Below, one piece after another: positions 35,305 through 45,900 of a stretch of 64,000 nt of DNA. A model generated the notes under the pieces. The model ran no database searches. It saw only the letters and a list, made by a program, of their open reading frames with translations, and had not been told where the DNA came from. Location of the stretch: contig CAVTRN010000002.1 in NCBI GenBank assembly GCA_963737155.1, forward strand, positions 64,001 through 128,000. The letters are read 5' to 3'. Origin of the DNA: Nitrospirota bacterium (GTDB taxonomy: Bacteria; Nitrospirota; UBA9217). Each line of letters opens with the position of its first letter. The stretch's first letter is position 1. A program made the position numbers and the translations under genes.

Positions 35305-37629
35305 TCAAACAGCCTTATTCTCCATCGACTCCAGGTATTTATCTATGTCTGCTGCGCCAGATAAAAGAAATTGGAAAAAACTAACATTCTTTAGCCGCAA
35401 AGTTTCACAGATACTCAACAGGACAAGATATTCCTGGATACCTTTTACAATTGCATGACCGCCGGTCACGCGCCTCAGAAATACGAAGCGTTTAACGGCA
35501 TGTTCCGCGTTGTTGTTCCATGGAACGTTATCATAGTCAAGAAAAGTGAACAACTTATCTTTATATTTCATGAATCTTTTTTGAAATCCCATTGCAAATT
35601 CGGATGAGTAGGCTATTGGCTCTATTTTGTCAAAGAACCGTTGAACTTCCACCTTATGTTTATTAAGGTGCCGTTTTTTAAGCCAAATTTATCAATCGTA
35701 TCAATTATCGGTACTAATAACATTGTAAATTCTCTGCCCAAACATTTCATCTCGACATCAAAAGGATTTCTCGATATATCTTCATTCCAAGCAGTTAGCG
35801 TTTGACCATATCTCTCAGGTGGCAATTTAATATAGGCTCTTGATGACGACACCCTTCCACACCATTTTAAAAACAAATCTTGTTGATGTATATTTTATAA
35901 CCCACCTTTTGATACCTCCAGAAATAATTTTCAAATCGTATAGCAATTTTGACGTTTGGCCATAACGGGATAGCTGCGTCGCATGACAGTGTGGACACGT
36001 TCTTAGCGGTCGAAATTTAATATCTTTGTTTACTTTGTATGAGATGTGTTGACGTCGTCGTAATTTATTTAATCTCTTTTTTGCAACAGTATTTTCGCGC
36101 AGGTATACCTTCTCTCCTTGATAATCAAAGTATGCGCAACGATTAATTTTTTCAAGTTCTGGAAAGCAGAAGTCATTACGACTGAAAAATCCATAGGGTT
36201 TTTCTCTCTTAGGCTGATAAGTATGCATTGTATGGTACTTAGTTGCGTTGCTATCTTTGGAGATAATCGACAAAGAGTGCACAACTGCTTGTAAAGCCAT
36301 GCAATCTTCGCTGTTGTAAACTATAAGTTTTTGTTTAAAGCTAGCATTTCCTGTTGCTTCCCACTGTTTTCGCCGTAGAACGCTCGTGATACCTGCTGCA
36401 TCTGGCTCTGACCATTTGAATTCCAAGAAAGATGCAATACTTTTCAGATCATTAGAATACGTCGGGAAATAGATGCGGCCATATAATGCGGACAACACAT
36501 TGAAGGAGCGCGATCTTATCTTTTCAAGCAACTCCGTATTGCCACCGTTTTTCGATCCCATCTGCTTTATAAAATTAGTCTCATAACTCTCATAATGAAA
36601 CAATGCATAGTCAGGGATATCTTTCATTACTTCAAGAAAAGACTTCCATATCTTCGTTTCTTCGGACTTATCGTTTGCCCAAAATGAATGTTTAGTAACA
36701 CTAGTCCCATCATCGATAATGAGACCGATGAGATAATAGATGTTCTCATCAGGGATACCTTCAACGTCAAGATATACGCGTGTTAGTTCAGAAGGCAACT
36801 CTGGTTTACCAGCGATATAAACTGTCTGCGTTCGAATTGCCAGGGCATTAAGTGAATGATGATGCTTGACTATCTTTTGTGCAATCAGTTTTTTAGCTCG
36901 TCTCGGACGGAACGTATACGAGTACTGTGTAACAGTAAATATTCCTCCTTTATTCAAAGCATCTATATCTTTCCAACTTAGCCCTTTGAGAAGACTGAGA
37001 TCGTCCTTTTGTTTCGCTGTTGCCATGCAGCCAGCTAAAAATTCGCAAATTTTACAATGAGCATTCAGCCTCAATGGTGATACCGATTGTGTTTCCATCA
37101 TCCTGAGTAATTCTTTTTCTATCTTGCCTGCGGCAATGATCAACTTTGGGTGTTGGACTCTTGATAACCTGAATTTATATCCAAAAATGAACTTACCGAT
37201 AGTCGGCTCAACCTTCTGTTCGCAACTTAAGGCCAAGCCGCAGAATGCCAATAAAAGTTTGTGTTGTTATCTTTTGATGAGGTAAATAGATGATCGGATA
37301 ATAGGCTGGTTTTAGGGAAGAGGACGGGGATGCTAATTCGATTGCACCTAGAATGAGCTTATACCTATTATTGATTATCGCAACATCAGTAGCAACGGCT
37401 GGCCTTTGTCTCTGGATGTCTTTGAATGTGGTTGTTGCTTCGTGAAGTGGAATGAATTGATTGCTTTGTCGGAAATAATCCCAAGCATGTCGCCGATAAG
37501 ATGCCTTCTGGTCATCCAGAAGCTTTTCGTAATCGCTCTTAATTCCAGTTTTGCCGGAAAGCTTCAGATATGTTTGTATTTGCACTGAAGATAATTCAGG
37601 AATAGTTTGTCAGATATTGGATGTACCAA
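35305..37629 (-). pseudogene. TM0106-family nuclease/RNase H-like/IS66-transposase fusion, frameshifted and internally deleted
   Basis: HCKICEF, VYLDVEGIP, YFPTYSNDLK, YNSEDC, CPHC, WNNNAEHAVK; paralog of 61649-64000. Confidence 0.8.
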
Positions 37630-38046
37630 TGCTGCCTCCTTTGCTCCATCGGGTCTAAAAAATTATCATGAGCCAAGGATAACATTCATCCCCGCAGTTG
37701 TAGAGCGGAAGGCATTCTTTGATGGTTCATGGCTTGAAAAAGTCTACGATTCATATTATATCAATAAATATGAGCATTAATTATGTCATGATAATCGCCT
37801 TGCAGATTCAAGATCATGCTGATGTAATCGAAGTGAGATTTATTGGATGATGTTAACAAAATCGGACTGTAACTTTATGAGTTTAGAGAGATGGAAACTA
37901 TAACAACTTCAGGAAGCATTAAGCTATAAATATTATATCTTTCGTCATGCGATTTTCATGCCGTATTTAGCAAGAGTCCAGAGTGAACGGCTGATTTGAT
38001 ACAGCGTACCGTACTTTCTGTAAAGCACTGCGACGGACTGCGTACA

Positions 38047-38613
38047 TTATTTCATTACAAACAGGGTAAAGGTCTGGTCAGGCAGAAAGTCGAAGGATGC
38101 TTCTGTGATGTAGCTAGCCTTTTCCATCTCCCGTATGATAACTTCAGGGATCGTATGATGGCCAAGGAGGGAGACAAAACCAAAGCCCTTTTTCTTATGT
38201 TCGATGATCGCAACTTTGCCACCCGGCTTGAGATGTCTTTTGAGCTTGGCGAAAAAGTCAGCCGGCTCTAGCAGATGGTGAAACACGTTCCTAGCGAAGA
38301 CTAGGTCGAGGCCTGCTTCAGGCAAGTCTATTTTACCGTCGGCAGCGAGTATGAACGTGATGTTGCCAAGACCCGTATGCTCAGCTTGACGCCTGATGAA
38401 ATCCAGGTACTTCTTTTTGATGTCAACAGCGTAGACCTGTCCGGTCTTTGCTGCTCGAGTTGCAAAGGCAAGCGTGAAATATCCTCCCCCTGACCCGATG
38501 TCTGCAATCGCCTGCCCGTTCCGGATATGAAGTTGTTCGAGAATTTCCTCTGGTCTGCTTCTGGGAGAGGATGCCTCCCGGTTCAGCATTTTCAAAAAGA
38601 ACGACGTAAACAT
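38047..38613 (-). CDS. Class I SAM-dependent methyltransferase
   Basis: IADIGSGGGYF, VYAVDI, LKPGGKVAIIE; GAGGAG RBS before ATG 38613. Confidence 0.9.
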   Translation of the reverse strand: MFTSFFLKMLNREASSPRSRPEEILEQLHIRNGQAIADIGSGGGYFTLAFATRAAKTGQVYAVDIKKKYLDFIRRQAEHTGLGNITFILAADGKIDLPEAGLDLVFARNVFHHLLEPADFFAKLKRHLKPGGKVAIIEHKKKGFGFVSLLGHHTIPEVIIREMEKASYITEASFDFLPDQTFTLFVMK

Positions 38614-38749
38614 TGCACAGCTCCTCACGATGCGGCTTAACTTATGATGCCGTCTGCCCTGGCTCATGACTTGCAGATTCTAGAGTGAAATAAGCGCTAA
38701 ATGTTTCGACTAATAATTCTTACTACCACAATATCTGGCGTTCATCGTC

Positions 38750-38806
38750 TTCACCTACAATCATGTATCAGCATTGACAATATTTCAATGAAGGATACTG
38801 GCTGAA
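38750..38806 (+). repeat. Boundary repeat copy D core
   Basis: TTCACCTACAATCATGTATCAGCATTGACAATATTTCAATGAAGGATACTGGCTGAA. Confidence 0.85.
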
Positions 38807-38937
38807 AAATACATAAGTAAAAGAATTGGCCGTAGTAATTATTTATCTAGGGTTTGTTGAGCACTTTGGGCTGCGGCGTCAGCGTATCGGGAAACAGCCC
38901 GAGGATGTCCAAAGAGAACAACGGGTCGTCTCTGCGC

Positions 38938-39684
38938 TTATGCAAGCCGCTCCAGAAGCCAGTTGGAGACCCGCCGGTAATCATGGGCCCCGTTCGAGCT
39001 CGACCAATACATCACCGCCGGCAGTCCGCTGCTTGGTGCTTCGGCGAGCGCCACGTTCTCGCGAACCGCAGGTCCGATGATGCCGCCTGGCACAAGGTTT
39101 CCCATCATTGCAAGAAACTCTTCGTGGATCCGCCGCCGTGCCTGGGCCCTGCATGGAATAATACCGAGGATGGCGAGAGCCGGATTCTGCGCTCTGAATG
39201 CATTCACGGTTTGGATCATCTGGTTCAATCCCTGATATGAGAGAAAGTTGGCCTCCACGGGGATGACGACATGGGAACTGACCTGTAAGGCATTCATAGT
39301 GAGCACACTAACACTGGGAGGACAGTCGATAATGATGAAGTCCCAGTCTCCGTTCGTGCACGCAAGGCACTGCATCAGAAGCTTGCTTCCGATGGATCCG
39401 GAAAATCTCTGCGTCGCTTCTGCAAGCACATGTCCTGACGGAACGAGATCCACACCCGGTGTCTTGGTTGGTAGAATGGGCAGGGCGCTCGTGGTCTGTA
39501 AGGCCTGGAGAAGAGCGCTGCCGTCGTCAGCTATTCCCAGGGATATGCTCGCGTTACCCTGGGGGTCGAAATCAATGATGAGCACTTTCTTTCCTATCTC
39601 CCCCCAGCATGCCGCAATGTTCACTGCCGAGGTGGTTTTCCCAACGCCGCCTTTGTGATTCATAATTGAGACAACTTGCTTCAT
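38938..39684 (-). CDS. ParA/Soj-family ATPase (no parB nearby)
   Basis: KGGVGKTT, IDFDPQGNAS, IIIDCPPS, VRENVALAEAP. Confidence 0.92.
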   Translation of the reverse strand: MKQVVSIMNHKGGVGKTTSAVNIAACWGEIGKKVLIIDFDPQGNASISLGIADDGSALLQALQTTSALPILPTKTPGVDLVPSGHVLAEATQRFSGSIGSKLLMQCLACTNGDWDFIIIDCPPSVSVLTMNALQVSSHVVIPVEANFLSYQGLNQMIQTVNAFRAQNPALAILGIIPCRAQARRRIHEEFLAMMGNLVPGGIIGPAVRENVALAEAPSSGLPAVMYWSSSNGAHDYRRVSNWLLERLA

Positions 39685-40063
39685 ACACCCTCCGTAATAA
39701 AAGTCACCGAATGAACTAAAGATCCATCTTGCGGGCTGAATGCTCTTCCTATGTTCGCTTTTTCCAGCCTCCTAACTGAACGTCAAAATTTTCTCTAGAT
39801 ATACCGTTAACCATCATTGTGATCAATCCTTGTGAACATGAGAGAACGGCAAAAACATCGTTCTGAGAGGGTCGAGTTCCACCGTTAAAAGTGTGAAGTC
39901 CGCCATTTAGAATAATACTTGTCGTATTTAGAACGACTATATGCCTGATATAAAGAGATGTCAACTATATGGGTGTGCGATCCCCGCGAAGGGGTATTTT
40001 CGGGGTGGCCGCTAAGAGTTTCCCGTAATTCTTCATCTATTCTATAGAACATGAAGTGCTAGA

Positions 40064-40119
40064 TACACCTATAGCTTGCACCGGCGTTGACTAAAAATAA
40101 ATGCAGATTACCACATGTA
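40064..40119 (+). repeat. Boundary repeat copy E core
   Basis: TACACCTATAGCTTGCACCGGCGTTGACTAAAAATAAATGCAGATTACCACATGTA. Confidence 0.75.
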
Positions 40120-40411
40120 ACTTACACCATAGCAAGATCGACGAAACTGCTCGATCTTCACCGTGGGATGACGAGATAATCGGTGTGGATCATCCCGTCC
40201 AACGACTCCGGCGCAGAAGAAAACAACCTGTACTCATGCGGTTTTCTGAACAGTAAAAAATAGCATAATAAAAGTGATAACAAGACTCCAAATTGAAAGT
40301 ATTTTTAGGGTATTCGGATTTTGCGGTTGATTTTGTCTAAAGCTCGCCCTGTTCTTCGGGTTTAGTAGCTATCCAAAATGTCAGGCGCTCCTTTGATTGT
40401 TTATGAAATTA

Positions 40412-40801
40412 TTATGGCTCTTTTACATTGCATTTACTGAGCCCTTTGGCTTTACGAACGAATTTGTGGTCAAAGGTTAAAAAGGATTTACATGGTTGGC
40501 TGGAAGCCAGATGAAGGGCATCGGCGAAGTCCAGTCCGTTAGAGTACCACATGAGCGCCTCTTGGATACGGTGAGGATTCGAAAGGATAACATTAGGTAG
40601 GCCGCATAAATTAGAAAGAGCAGCATGTATCTCAACGACTCCGAAACCGTAAGCATATCGTAGGACCCATTCAGATTCCAAAATAACCGTTTCGGGAATA
40701 AACACTTCGAACTTTTTGAATACTGCGCTGGCCTTCTCGGCTTGGCTAAAATCATCCCCGGTCAATAACCGGACAATGATGTTGGTATCAACGCTGATCA
40801 T
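40412..40801 (-). CDS. VapC PIN-domain toxin
   Basis: MISVDTNIIVRLL, VILESEWVL, DFADALH, FLTFD. Confidence 0.9.
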   Translation of the reverse strand: MISVDTNIIVRLLTGDDFSQAEKASAVFKKFEVFIPETVILESEWVLRYAYGFGVVEIHAALSNLCGLPNVILSNPHRIQEALMWYSNGLDFADALHLASSQPCKSFLTFDHKFVRKAKGLSKCNVKEP

Positions 40802-41052
40802 GATTTACGCTCCCGAGCCCCTTTCTGGATAGATTCTTCCATTTCCTCAATGGTTTTAGCCTTACCAGAATAAGAAAGGCACGAAGCTACATCTTTTAAC
40901 ACGGTCTTCGTGAAAGGGGATATGGGCCTAAGGAGGATGCCATCCTCCGTTTCAATGGCCAGCAAATCCTGTCCAGTCTCCCAGTGATGGCGACTCCGGA
41001 TTTCCTTCGGTATGATAACTTGGCCCTTGCTTGAAAGTTTTGTCGTCAGCAT
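40798..41052 (-). CDS. AbrB/MazE-family antitoxin
   Basis: TKLSSKGQVIIPKEIR; 4-bp overlap with the PIN gene. Confidence 0.9.
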   Translation of the reverse strand: MLTTKLSSKGQVIIPKEIRSRHHWETGQDLLAIETEDGILLRPISPFTKTVLKDVASCLSYSGKAKTIEEMEESIQKGARERKS

Positions 41053-41552
41053 AATATGTCTCCAGATTAAGTAAGATAATTGTAAGACAATGCTACTTCT
41101 TTACCGGTAATTTGTCAAGACATCATGATTAAAAATAAACCGCAGAATCCGGATACCTTATTTTATTATATAAATTAGGAGGATTATCCTGTTTGTTGGG
41201 CAATTATTGGGGGAAAATTTCAACACCTTAAGCTACCGGCTTGGAGGAAGGCCCGGTTATTGAGGCCACTTAGAAATCAACCGGAGTAAGAAAAAAATGT
41301 ACAGAGCTACAAAATCCGAAAATCAACCGGCAGTTCAAATATCTACGGTATTCGGATTATCGTGTTATCAACTGCAAAATCCGGATACCCTATTTTTATA
41401 CTGTGTGCTCTTTATTGTATCGGGCCTCTTTTAAATCGCGCCGACGTTGGCGTTCTGCTAGATGAGCTTGCCGGCTAGGCCCAGCAAAGCCGCCTGCACC
41501 TTGTAAAATCAAATCGTCTAACACTTCGTCTGATATATTATTATAATTAATT

Positions 41553-41864
41553 TCAGGCATTTCTCTCTTCCTCAACATCGTAGCATTCCGCTATCTCTGG
41601 CTCTTCCCAGGTCTCTACCGGATCCACGGCCTGGAACGCGTCAGAATCATTTCCAACCTTCCAGCGGGTGATCTCAACCCGCGGCCCTTTTGATTTTATC
41701 CTCTTGCTCATTTTATCTGGATTCTCTACTACAGCCTGGCCGCTGTCAACTTCATGGTGAATATTCTTTTCGGTCACACGCAACAACGTCTTCTTTAATG
41801 TCATGCCCTGTTTCCGAGGTGTTTTTATTTTCTTGAGAGGTAGAGTGCGGCTGGACTTTTTCAT
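41553..41864 (-). pseudogene. Possible MazE-like antitoxin remnant fused to unrelated sequence
   Basis: TLKKTLLRVTEKNIHHEVDSG resembles a MazE C-terminus. Confidence 0.3.
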
Positions 41865-42072
41865 AAGTTAATGATAGCACGGGGGTCTATAACGGGCAAG
41901 GGAAAGGCAAAGGGGTTGATGTGACCCTTGCATATTCCAATGGGATTGAACACTCATTCTGATCGTGTTCTGACGGCAATTCCGATCTACTTCGGACATT
42001 CAATACGAATTGCGGTAGTACATACTTCAATCCGAATATTTGCATAGTTCCGCAGTGGTTTAAAAGCTTGGC

Positions 42073-42130
42073 TTCACCTACAATCATTGAATGTCAACAT
42101 TGTGACAAGGGTGAAGATTGTCAGATTGTA
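42073..42130 (+). repeat. Boundary repeat copy F core (subtype with central TGTCA-N6-TGACA)
   Basis: TTCACCTACAATCATTGAATGTCAACATTGTGACAAGGGTGAAGATTG; near-identical to copy H over ~50 bp. Confidence 0.85.
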
Positions 42131-42224
42131 ACTCACATTAGCAAGGGGACTTAACTTGTAACTTTTACGGCTTTCAGCATACTTCCAAAACGCGGATAAT
42201 ACTGCAAAGGCAAATATCGTCTGT

Positions 42225-42806
42225 CTACTGAACAGTAAAGGTTGCAGATTTCATAAGATTGCCTTTGTCGTCCAAGACATAAACCCTCCACTCGCCCTTC
42301 ATACCGTTGATCTTCTTGCTGACCCATGTCCGGAACCTCGGATAAGGCTTGATGGCAAGAGGTATTTTGTCCATCTCGTTTTGGCCGAGCATCCACACTA
42401 CGTAAACGGTGGTTTCCGTTTTTACATATTTAAACTCAAGATAGCAATACACCTTCTCCTGATTAGCTGGATACATCGTTCCTATGTCTAGCGGTGTCCG
42501 ATCCATCACGCCAGCGCCGATTTCCATCCGCAAAATTGTGAGGTTCCGAGCAGGAGCCGGGGCATGGGCGGTCCCTGTAGTCGTCCTGATCGGCACTACC
42601 GTCGACCGCGGAGCAGGAGCCGGGGCATGGGCAGTCCCTGTAGTCGTCGTGATCGGCACTACCGTCGACCGCAGAGCAGAAGCCGGGGCACTGGCAGTCC
42701 CTGTAGTCGTCGTGGTCGGCACTACCGTCGCACGACGTACTGGTGAGACCGTTACACATGCTGAAAAAAGCATTAGAACAATGCCAAGGACTATGGGTTT
42801 TCCCAT
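42225..42806 (-). CDS. DUF2914-like lipoprotein with a T/P/A-rich repeat linker
   Basis: Lipobox FSAC; KVYCY...W...RTWVSK...GEWRVYVLD. Confidence 0.75.
   Translation of the reverse strand: MGKPIVLGIVLMLFSACVTVSPVRRATVVPTTTTTGTASAPASALRSTVVPITTTTGTAHAPAPAPRSTVVPIRTTTGTAHAPAPARNLTILRMEIGAGVMDRTPLDIGTMYPANQEKVYCYLEFKYVKTETTVYVVWMLGQNEMDKIPLAIKPYPRFRTWVSKKINGMKGEWRVYVLDDKGNLMKSATFTVQ
42545..42731. repeat. Three tandem ~63-bp repeats (21-aa STVVPITTTTGTAHAPAPAPR)
   Basis: GTCCCTGTAGTCGTC...GGCACTACCGTCG recurs with a 63-bp period. Confidence 0.9.
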
Positions 42807-42994
42807 AATATCACCTCATCTAAATCTACTCTGAATTGGTTGTATTCAAATTAAGCCACATGAGCACTTACATTTCCCTAAAACCAAGCCGTAGACATGC
42901 CATCTCCAATAATTTAGTGCTGTATAACGAGGACTGCTAGAGGGTAACGAAGACATTGACATAATGCCTTCCGGTTATTCACTCAGTCCTTGCA

Positions 42995-45900
42995 TTAGAC
43001 TCCCAGAGTGAAATACACTGTCGCCCCTTTTCCGACTTCCCCCTCCGCCCAGACCGCACCACCATGACGGCGGATGATGCGTTCGACGATGGCAAGACCG
43101 ATTCCTGTACCCTCAAACTCCTTCTCCGTATGAAGTCGCTGGAACGGGAGGAACACTTTGTTCGCGTACGTCATATCAAACCCGGCGCCATTGTCCCTGA
43201 TGTAATAGACTGTATTCCCATCCTTTTCAAAGGCACTGAATTCAATGCGGGCATTCGTTGTTTTTGAAGTGAACTTCCAGGCGTTTTCAAGCAGGTTCGC
43301 AAGCGCAATTTTGAACAGGTTCGGGTCCACATAGGCGCGCAAGCCTTCAGTGAGCGCTACTTCTACACTTCTTTTGGAATCTGCCTCGCGAAGGCCGATC
43401 TCAATCGAGGCAACCAACTTGCTGAGGTCATAGTCCATCCGGTCGATATTCTGCTTTGATATACTCGAAAGGCGCAGCATGTCATCGATGAGGCCGGTCA
43501 TTTTCTCTGCGGCGTTTGTTATGCGCGTCAAATAATCTTTCGGCTGGTCTTCCAGCTTGCTGCCGTAATCTTCGATAAGGATTTTGGAGAAACCGGCCAT
43601 GATGCGGAGGGGGGCCCGCAGATCATGAGAAACCGAATAGATGAAGGCCTCCATCTCTTTGTTCGCGGCTTCCAGCTCCAGGTTTCTTGTCGCCATGTCT
43701 TCGGAGAGTTTCAGCACGGCCACCTCCGCCTTCTTGCGCTCGGTTACATCTTCAAAGATCGCAGCGAAGTATCCATTTATCGGGCTGTAGGCCGATACGG
43801 AATACCATTTACCTAGGGGCTCCGCAAATTGCTGGAATCTAACCTCCTGCCCGCTGAGCGCCACCCTCCCATAGGTTCCGATCCAGTCTGCCGGGTCGTT
43901 CTCAATGCCGGGAAGCGCATCTCGCACGCCTTTGCCAATGATGTCGGTTCTCTTAAGACCAGTCTGTTTCTCAAAAGCTTCGTTTACCTCAAGGAAAACG
44001 TAATCCACGGGTTTGCCGTTTTTATCGGCAACGATTCTATGATAGGCAAAACCATTGATCATGTTTTCAAAGAGGGAGTGGTATTTGGCCTCGTTTGCTC
44101 TAAGCGCCTCCTCGGCCCGTTTGCGCTCGGTGATGTCCGTATTCGTGCCGAACCACCGGAGGATTTTCCCTGCAGAATCCTGCAACGGCATCACGCGCGT
44201 CAGGAAGGGGCGAAATACCCCGTCGGTTCCACGCAGCGGGAATTCCATGTCAAACGGCTCGCCGGTGGCGATGGATGCCTTCCATCGCTCAAGAACTTTC
44301 GGCAGCACCTCGGGATCGTGGACTGATTGCCAGCCCCAGCCCTCCATCTGTGCGGGCGTCTTTCCCGTGTATTCATACCAGCGCCGGTTATACCACGTGA
44401 TATAACCGTCCGCGTTTGCCCACCACGCAAGGTTAGGGATGGAATTGGCCAGGGTGCGGAACTGTTCCTCGTTCTCTCGCAACGCCTCGTCAGCCTTGAA
44501 CTTCGCAAGGGCCACGGCCAAATAGTCGGAAAGCCGCTCCCATTGGTTTATCGAGTTTTCAGTGAAGCGCCCCTTTCTACGGTCGTTCAACTGGAGGAGT
44601 CCAAGTCGCTCCCGGCCGAGCATCAAGCTGATCAGGGCCACCGACTCGTAGCCTTCTCCGTTACAGCGGTTTCGCGTGCGGGCCTGTCGGTCAACATCAG
44701 TTGTTGCCGCGAGGAGGTCCGTCGTGCAGTTGGACCAGAAACTGCCTCTCCGCGTGAAAAAAGGTTTTGACGGGTCGAACCTTCCGCAGATCACGTTGCC
44801 GCACATGCAGGCGAGCACGGGATTGCCGACGCTGTCTAGGATAGGTTTTCCTTCCTTGTCGCAGTTGCACAAGCTGCTTTCCAGTTGAACGAACTCCTTT
44901 GAAAATCCGCGTGTCTCGAAATAGGGGTAATCGTGCCCTTCATGAAGCCGTATCCCAACTGCTTCGCAGCCCGAGCGCTCCTGGAAGAAGTCCGTAACTA
45001 AATGGATCAATGTTTTGGTGTCCTTGCTTTCGTTCACGAGCCTCAGGAATTTGACTGTCATTTCCCGCTCTTCATCCGCCTTCTTGCGTTCGGTGATGTC
45101 TACTAGGACGTGGACCGCGCCGCGCGGGCGACCCAGATCATCGAGCAGGGGCGTGCCGTAACCCAACACGTGGCGGGTTGCGCCGTCGTCGAAGACAAGG
45201 CTGAACTCAAAATCCCGCACGTGTTCGCCACGGGCGGCACGCTGCGCGGGGAGTTCGTCAAGCCTCAGCTCACGCCCATCCTTGACCGCCTTGAAATGTC
45301 GTGGCTTGACCGCAGGGGGCGCCGATAACGAGATCTCGACGCCGTGTGGATGCTGCAGCAGTTCATTCGCCGCGGGGTTGCCCGTCATGTGAGTGGAGTC
45401 AGGGTCATGGACGATGATAACAGGGACTGGCGCGGCTTCGAGCGTGGCGGCCAACTCCTCCGCCCGATTCCGTTCGCGGCGCTCGCTATCCCGCAGTGCT
45501 TCCTCCGCCTGCGAATGCTCGATCAGGTCTGCGGCCTGCCGTGCCAGCAGGTCGATTCCCCAAAGATCGAGCTTATCGGGGGAATAGGGAACGCCGCATT
45601 GAGTGGTCAGAATACCCAGCAGCGCGCCTGAGCGGCTTATCAGGGGCGTGGATTGCACCGCTCGCACACCGGCGTCGCGCAGCACAACAAGCGAAGGCGT
45701 CCCGGCAAACAGGTCATCCGTCTCTACATCCGGGACGATGACGCGCTTCGCGCACTTCATCGCCGCTCCGCAGACAGACGCTTTATTTTCTGCATGTGCG
45801 AAGTAATCCAGAAAGGGTTGTCGATGGCCATGATGCGCAACGATCCGCAACGAATCGCCTTCAACTAATTGCAGCGTGCCGCGGTCGGCCCTCATAATGG

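Larger units (their letters stand above)
40306..41400. repeat. Second repeat family (AAAATCAACCGCAAAATCCGRATACC): inverted copies bracketing a TA pair plus extra copies
   Basis: 40306-40334 (reverse) vs 41132-41160 match at 25/29; more partial copies near 41311 and a hairpin at 41347-41389. Confidence 0.7.

Noticed and set aside
39975-40030. CCCCGCGAAGGGG hairpin as a second GEMM riboswitch
   Set aside because: Lacks the AAACC and GACG(C/G)AAAGCC elements
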